Source: an uncultured Phycisphaerales bacterium
GTDB taxonomy: Bacteria > Planctomycetota > Phycisphaerae > Sedimentisphaerales > Anaerobacaceae
Length of the DNA stretch: 64,000 nt
Reading direction: 5' to 3'
Assembly (NCBI GenBank): GCA_963718665.1
Contig: OY970359.1
Location: 1,792,001-1,856,000, forward strand
A program made the translations under genes and the position numbers. Below are positions 59,361-64,000 of this stretch, piece after piece. Below the pieces are notes generated by a model. The model searched no databases and was not told the origin of the DNA. It worked only from the letters and a program-made list of their open reading frames with translations. Each line of letters opens with the position of its first letter. Position 1 is the stretch's first letter.

Positions 59361-59867
59361 ATGACAGCCGAGCAGATAATAAAGCATTTTAAGATGCAGC
59401 CGTTGCCGCAGGAGGGCGGGTTTTTTATCGAAACCTACCGTGCCGCAGAGATGCTGAAAAAAGGAATTTTGCCTGCTGGCTTCTCGGGCGACCGCAATAT
59501 CAGCACCGTTATTCTCTACCTGCTTACCGCCAAAACCGTTTCGCTGATGCATCGGCTGAAGTGCGATGAGATGTTCCATTTTTATCTGGGGAACTCCGTA
59601 ACGATGCTGCAACTGCACCCAGACGGCTCAAGCGAAATTATCACCCTTGGCCATGACATCTTAAACGAGCAAAAAGTTCAGGTTCTTGTCCCCAAAGGCA
59701 CCTGGCAGGGGGCATTCATCCAGCCCGGCGGAAAGTTTTCGCTGATGGGCTGCTCCGTCGCTCCAGGTTTTGACGAGGCCGACTTCGAGCTGGGCGACAG
59801 GGAAACGTTGCTCGCCGAATATCCGGATATGCGGGAGCTTATCCTTCATTTGACTCACGCTCGTTGA
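59361..59867 (+). CDS. Cupin_5 (DUF985) family protein
   Basis: P.EGGFF.ET, STVILYLL, HRL..DEMFHFY.G, VPKGTWQ and VAPGFD..DFE. Confidence 0.88.
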   Translation: MTAEQIIKHFKMQPLPQEGGFFIETYRAAEMLKKGILPAGFSGDRNISTVILYLLTAKTVSLMHRLKCDEMFHFYLGNSVTMLQLHPDGSSEIITLGHDILNEQKVQVLVPKGTWQGAFIQPGGKFSLMGCSVAPGFDEADFELGDRETLLAEYPDMRELILHLTHAR

Positions 59868-59869
59868 CT

Positions 59870-60541
59870 TTAAGCAAGTTTGGCTTGCCCTACTAATTGA
59901 TGCGCCAATCGGCTCGGCTCAGGCAATCGGAATTTAGTCGTGCAATCCAAAACAATACTTATCGCGTCGTCGAGCGTGCATTTGTGTCCGACTGAAACAT
60001 ATACCGGCTTGACGTCTGTTCGCGTTCGCAAAACCGCGCCAATCTCTTCGCCTGAATCCATAAGCGGGTTATGGCTGCCTTTTTTGCTTCCCGGCTCATC
60101 AAATGTCCCGATTAGCCGGCTTTTTGCGCAGCCAATCGTCGGCTTATCAATAAGCAAACCTATGTGTGAGGCGATACCAAGTCGCCGAGGATGCGCGATA
60201 CCCTGACCATCGACGATAAAAACGTCGGGCGTTTTTTTTAGTTTCTCGATTGCGTCGATGCACGCCGGCGTTTCTCGAAACGACAGTAAACCCGGTATGT
60301 ATGGAAAAACGACTTTACGACTGGATGTTGTGGTCTCGATAATCGAAAAATCAGAAGTGTCAATCACGACGGCTGCGGCGAATATATTTTTGCCGTCTTT
60401 GCTGAACGCGCAATCCAGCCCCGCGATTATTTTGGGCTTTTTCTTCATCGCGATAAATCGAACTTGTGAGGCCAAACGGCGCTGTATCTCTATCGCTTCT
60501 TTGCAGGACAAATCCCATTCGTGAAGGTTTCTTGCTTTCAT
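59870..60541 (-). CDS. nfi: Endonuclease V
   Basis: AGLD, FPYIPGLLSFRE, DGQGIAHPRRLGIASH, IGCAKS and RLPEP.R.AH. Confidence 0.95.
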   Translation of the reverse strand: MKARNLHEWDLSCKEAIEIQRRLASQVRFIAMKKKPKIIAGLDCAFSKDGKNIFAAAVVIDTSDFSIIETTTSSRKVVFPYIPGLLSFRETPACIDAIEKLKKTPDVFIVDGQGIAHPRRLGIASHIGLLIDKPTIGCAKSRLIGTFDEPGSKKGSHNPLMDSGEEIGAVLRTRTDVKPVYVSVGHKCTLDDAISIVLDCTTKFRLPEPSRLAHQLVGQAKLA

Positions 60542-60542
60542 C

Positions 60543-61316
60543 TTAAACAGGAATGGCGAAAAACTGCTTTGTCGTGGTTGTAACGGCCTCGATAAACTTG
60601 GCCAATTCCATTCCCCTTAGCGCCGCTACAAACTTTGCTGTGTGGATGAGCAGCGCCGGCTCATTGACCTTCTGTTTTCGCATCGGTTCGGGCGATAAAT
60701 ACGGGGCATCCGTCTCAATCATCAGCCGGTCGAGTGGAACGTAATTTGCGACCTCGCGGGTTGTTTCAGCGTTTTTGAATGTTACTACTCCCGTCAGCGA
60801 GATATACCAGCCCTTGTCCAAAATGATTTTCGCCTGCTGGCAATTGCCTGAGTAACAATGAAAAACTAATCCCTTCAGGCCCGACTCGTTTGCCTCCAGA
60901 ATCTCCATTGTTTCATCAAATGCCTCTCGCGAATGAATCACAACCGGCAAGTTCAATTCTTTTGCGATTTCAAGATGTCTCAGGAAACTATCCTGCTGTT
61001 GCTGGGGCGTCGAAAAATCGTAATGCAAGTCCAGCCCAGTTTCGCCGATTGCGACGACTTTTTTGTTTTGTGCAAGCCCTTTAATCTGGGCGATTGTTGT
61101 CTGGTCCGCAGTTTTGGCGTTGTGTGGGTGAATCGCCACAGTCGCGAACACATTTTCAAACTTGCCTGCCAGTTCCACCGCTTTTTGGCTGTCGGCTAAG
61201 TCCGTCCCAATGGTTATCCAGCCCATAACGCCGGCCTCAGTACTTCGCTTGAGGACAGCGTCGATATCCGCGAATGGCTCATAGGTCAAATGGCAATGTG
61301 CGTCTATCAGGTTCAT
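60543..61316 (-). CDS. tatD: TatD family hydrolase
   Basis: IDAHCHL, IHPH, AIGETGLD, IHSRE, HCY and ETDAPYL. Confidence 0.93.
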   Translation of the reverse strand: MNLIDAHCHLTYEPFADIDAVLKRSTEAGVMGWITIGTDLADSQKAVELAGKFENVFATVAIHPHNAKTADQTTIAQIKGLAQNKKVVAIGETGLDLHYDFSTPQQQQDSFLRHLEIAKELNLPVVIHSREAFDETMEILEANESGLKGLVFHCYSGNCQQAKIILDKGWYISLTGVVTFKNAETTREVANYVPLDRLMIETDAPYLSPEPMRKQKVNEPALLIHTAKFVAALRGMELAKFIEAVTTTTKQFFAIPV

Positions 61317-61320
61317 ATAT

Positions 61321-61719
61321 CTATCTTACAAAGGCGTTTTTGTAATGGCGGAATTCAGCAGGGCCGCGTTGGCCGAGCGTTATAGTAACAATATCGAAAC
61401 GATATGGCCGATTCTCGATTTCGTTGGTTGAGATAAAATAACGGGCTGTCTTAGTCATTCTGTCCATCTTCGGTTTTGTGATTACCGATTCGGTCGGGGT
61501 GAATTCCTCATCGGCTCTTGTTTTGACCTCGACAAAGACAATCGACCGATCGCTATCCACCATAATCAGGTCGATTTCGCCGGCCTTGCAGGCGTAGTTG
61601 CGCGTGAGGGTTTTGAGGCCTTTTTGCTTGAGGAATTTCTCGCATTGCCGCTCCCCCCATTTGCCGAGCAGCTTAATATCCGAAAGCAGCTTGCTTCTGT
61701 TGAAAATCAATCCGAACAA
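61321..61719 (-). CDS. yraN: YraN/UPF0102 family endonuclease-like protein
   Basis: G..GE, GEIDLI, VFVEVKTR, RFDIV and NAF. Confidence 0.9.
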   Translation of the reverse strand: MFGLIFNRSKLLSDIKLLGKWGERQCEKFLKQKGLKTLTRNYACKAGEIDLIMVDSDRSIVFVEVKTRADEEFTPTESVITKPKMDRMTKTARYFISTNEIENRPYRFDIVTITLGQRGPAEFRHYKNAFVR

Positions 61720-61778
61720 AAGTCCGCAATCCTCCCGAAAGGGATGCTCAACCGCGAAAATCTAAAATCCGCAATTAA

Positions 61779-62147
61779 TTAGCTGACCACAGTATGTTCG
61801 CTGTGTTCCTGTACGAGCTTGGTTGACTTACCCGTTCGCTCGCGGAGGTAATACAGTTTCGCTCTTCTGGTCTTGCCGCTCCGTGTTGCCTTGATATCGA
61901 CGATGTTGGGCGAGTGCAGGGGGAAGATTCTTTCGACGCCTTCGCCCGCGACGATTCTGCGGACGGTGAAGGTCGAATTGATGCCCCGGCCTTTGCGGGC
62001 GATGACCGTGCCCGAGAAAATGCCGATACGTTCCTTGTCGCCTTCTTTGATTCTGCAATGGACGTCAACTATGTCCCCGATTTCAAAATGCGGAATATCC
62101 TTCTTCAGGCATTTGCTTTCGACCTTGTCGAGTAATGCTGTATTCAC
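61779..62147 (-). CDS. rplS: 50S ribosomal protein L19
   Basis: F..GD.V.V, EGDKER, TFTVRR, GVERIFP.HSP and RRAKLYYLR. GTG start after AGGAG. Confidence 0.96.
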   Translation of the reverse strand: MNTALLDKVESKCLKKDIPHFEIGDIVDVHCRIKEGDKERIGIFSGTVIARKGRGINSTFTVRRIVAGEGVERIFPLHSPNIVDIKATRSGKTRRAKLYYLRERTGKSTKLVQEHSEHTVVS

Positions 62148-62315
62148 TTTGTAACTCCTGATACTAACTGAACTTATGACAAAACCAGCCCAGCTGGGTT
62201 TTCTGCGAGCAATTTAAGCCCGCCCCGAAAACCAGCAATTATAACCGTTTTCGCGGTGATAACAAGCGTTTTTTTGCATTTTTCAGGCCTAAAATCGGCC
62301 TGTTTTTGTGCCCTG

Positions 62316-63200
62316 TTAAGCTGTCTGGCCTCTGAGCTTCTTATAATTTTTCAGCGACTGCTCGGCAGCTTCCAGCGGCGGATACTCTCCGGATTCTTCT
62401 TCGATGACATACCATTGTGTTCCGCCAGTTGTTTCGCAGACCTCAAAGAGGTCTTTCCACTTTATGTCGCCTTCACCTATGAGGACTTTTTTATTGGTTG
62501 CGGAAAATTCCTTGAGGTGAATCGTCAGTGAACGCCCTGGATATTTTTTCAGGACAGCAACGGGGTCGGCCTTACCCTGCATTGCGTTGCCCGTGTCGAG
62601 CTGCATAATCACTTCTTTGGACGTGTTGCCGAAAAGAATGTCCCATGGTGTCTCGCCGTCAATCGGCAAAAAATCCCCCTGATGGGAGTGATAGCCGATG
62701 CGGACGCCTTCACTTCTTGTCTTGTCCGCGAACTCATTGAAATTTTTGGCTTTTGCCAGCCAGTCCTCTTTTGTCTTAAGCTGTTTTCTGTCCAGCCAAG
62801 GCACAATGACGAACTTGTTGCCTATTGTCCGGTTAAATTCCATTGTCGCCGCGAGTTTTTCGTTTGAGAGTAAATCATACGCTGTATGTGAGCCGGAGCA
62901 TAACAGGCCGTTGTCATTGAGCATTTTGCGGACGTCCTTTGCCGAATAGTTATAAAAGCCCGCGAATTCCACGCCCTTATAGCCCATTTTAGCTACCTTG
63001 GCGATTGTTCCGGGGAAATCTTTAGCGCACTCAGCTTTGACCGTCCACAGTTGCAGCCCCACCGGGATTTCCTTTTTTGCCTCTATTGCTTTTTTCATTT
63101 CTTCCGCTCCTTTGGCGAGTGCCTCTAACGAGCAAACGCCGGCACAGGCGACCAGTCCAGATTTAAGAATCATTCGACGTGACAAGTTTTCGCTTTTCAT
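62316..63200 (-). CDS. Tat-signal sugar phosphate isomerase/epimerase (xylose isomerase-like TIM barrel)
   Basis: SRRMILK, GLQLWTV, GYKGVEFAG, GYH.H, QLDTG, IHLKE and YVIEEE. Confidence 0.88.
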   Translation of the reverse strand: MKSENLSRRMILKSGLVACAGVCSLEALAKGAEEMKKAIEAKKEIPVGLQLWTVKAECAKDFPGTIAKVAKMGYKGVEFAGFYNYSAKDVRKMLNDNGLLCSGSHTAYDLLSNEKLAATMEFNRTIGNKFVIVPWLDRKQLKTKEDWLAKAKNFNEFADKTRSEGVRIGYHSHQGDFLPIDGETPWDILFGNTSKEVIMQLDTGNAMQGKADPVAVLKKYPGRSLTIHLKEFSATNKKVLIGEGDIKWKDLFEVCETTGGTQWYVIEEESGEYPPLEAAEQSLKNYKKLRGQTA

Positions 63201-63245
63201 TTTTCACCTCATTTTTATTTTTTATCCGCCGGACGCAGGGCGGGT

Positions 63246-63968
63246 TTATTTCTGTTTATCTTTTAGCAAATCCGGACGGCTTTGTCGAGTCCTTTCGAGC
63301 GATTGTTGCCTGCGCCATTTTTCGATTTCACCGTGATGGCCTGAAAGCAAAATGTCGGGCACTTTCATTCCCTTAAATGTCTCAGGCCTTGTATATTGCG
63401 GATATTCCAGGCCGCCCGCGGTGAGCGAAGTCGAACTGCCACTTGCTGCGTCGCTGAATGTCTCGTCTTCCGCTGACCCCTCATCGCCCAGCGCACCGGG
63501 CAGCAGGCGAACCACTGCGTCTATAATGACCATTGCCGCCAATTCTCCGCCCGAAAGCACATAGTCGCCGATTGAGATTTGTTCGGCGTTTAAACCCGTT
63601 CTGATTCGTTCGTCGAACCCCTCGTAATGCCCGGCGATTAGGACGAGCCGTTTTTCGCCGGCAAGTTCAGCGGCTAATTTTTGTGTGAAGGGTTTACCTT
63701 GTGGGGTGAGCAGGATTACACGGGGTTTATCCGGGAAAAGTTTTTCGACCTGTTCAAAGCAATCGAATACCGGCTGGCACATCATCACCATTCCCGGCCC
63801 GCCCCCGTATGGCCGGTCGTCAACCTTCTTGTGCTTGTCTTTGGAGGAATCCCGGATGTTGGTCAGGACAATATCGACGATGCCTGCTTCTTTTGCCCGC
63901 TTGAGTATTGAGTGGCTCAGCGGCGACTCGAACATCTCCGGAAACAGCGTTAAGACATCAATCCGCAT
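63246..63968 (-). CDS. trmD: tRNA (guanine-N1)-methyltransferase
   Basis: [45 protein letters not shown] and VP.ILLSG.H. Confidence 0.97.
   Translation of the reverse strand: MRIDVLTLFPEMFESPLSHSILKRAKEAGIVDIVLTNIRDSSKDKHKKVDDRPYGGGPGMVMMCQPVFDCFEQVEKLFPDKPRVILLTPQGKPFTQKLAAELAGEKRLVLIAGHYEGFDERIRTGLNAEQISIGDYVLSGGELAAMVIIDAVVRLLPGALGDEGSAEDETFSDAASGSSTSLTAGGLEYPQYTRPETFKGMKVPDILLSGHHGEIEKWRRQQSLERTRQSRPDLLKDKQK
63418..63439. repeat. Short palindromic element (TGAGC-N2-3-GTCGAA family) in frame within trmD
   Basis: GCGG-TGAGCGAAGTCGAA-CTGC. Encodes SSTSLTA just before LEYP. Confidence 0.72.
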
Positions 63969-64000
63969 CGTCGGCATCCTGATACGAAAGCCCCCGGCTT

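Overview
Bacterial chromosomal window of mostly housekeeping genes. The lineage is probably Planctomycetota, Phycisphaerae-like; this is inferred from the giant exported proteins, Tat-signal Gfo/Idh/MocA and sugar-isomerase genes, the PEP-CTERM remnant and the bamA-skp-lpxD-lpxC/fabZ-lpxA cluster. Recognisable core genes: nth, a LOG-family protein, a TIGR03960-type radical SAM protein, nifJ/PFOR, purQ, lepA, hemW, rny-ymdB, aroA-aroC, nrdR, dnaB, the bamA/lipid A cluster, nfi, tatD, yraN, rplS and trmD. There is also a secretin followed by a ~3,580-aa S8 protease/beta-helix/vWA exoprotein. The most unusual region is a visibly AT-richer, tightly coupled operon at 4393-8380. It encodes a GNAT acetyltransferase, an S-4TM-like membrane effector fused to a protein-kinase-fold (APH-like) domain that is split by a +1 frameshift at CTT-TGA, an HD phosphohydrolase and a P-loop nucleotide kinase. 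It has no CD-NTase/cyclase, so it is a candidate undescribed nucleotide-centred defence or conflict system. The window also carries several families of short palindromic REP/MITE-like elements, some directly upstream of ribosome-binding sites and some apparently read in frame inside conserved genes. Other notable features are degenerate 7-mer arrays, a structured candidate ncRNA upstream of rny, and a BamA N-terminus of 7 x 14-aa repeats packed with D/E-x-N-x-S/T sequons. No rRNA, tRNA, CRISPR array, integrase or transposase was recognised. All family calls come from motifs read by eye, not from database searches.
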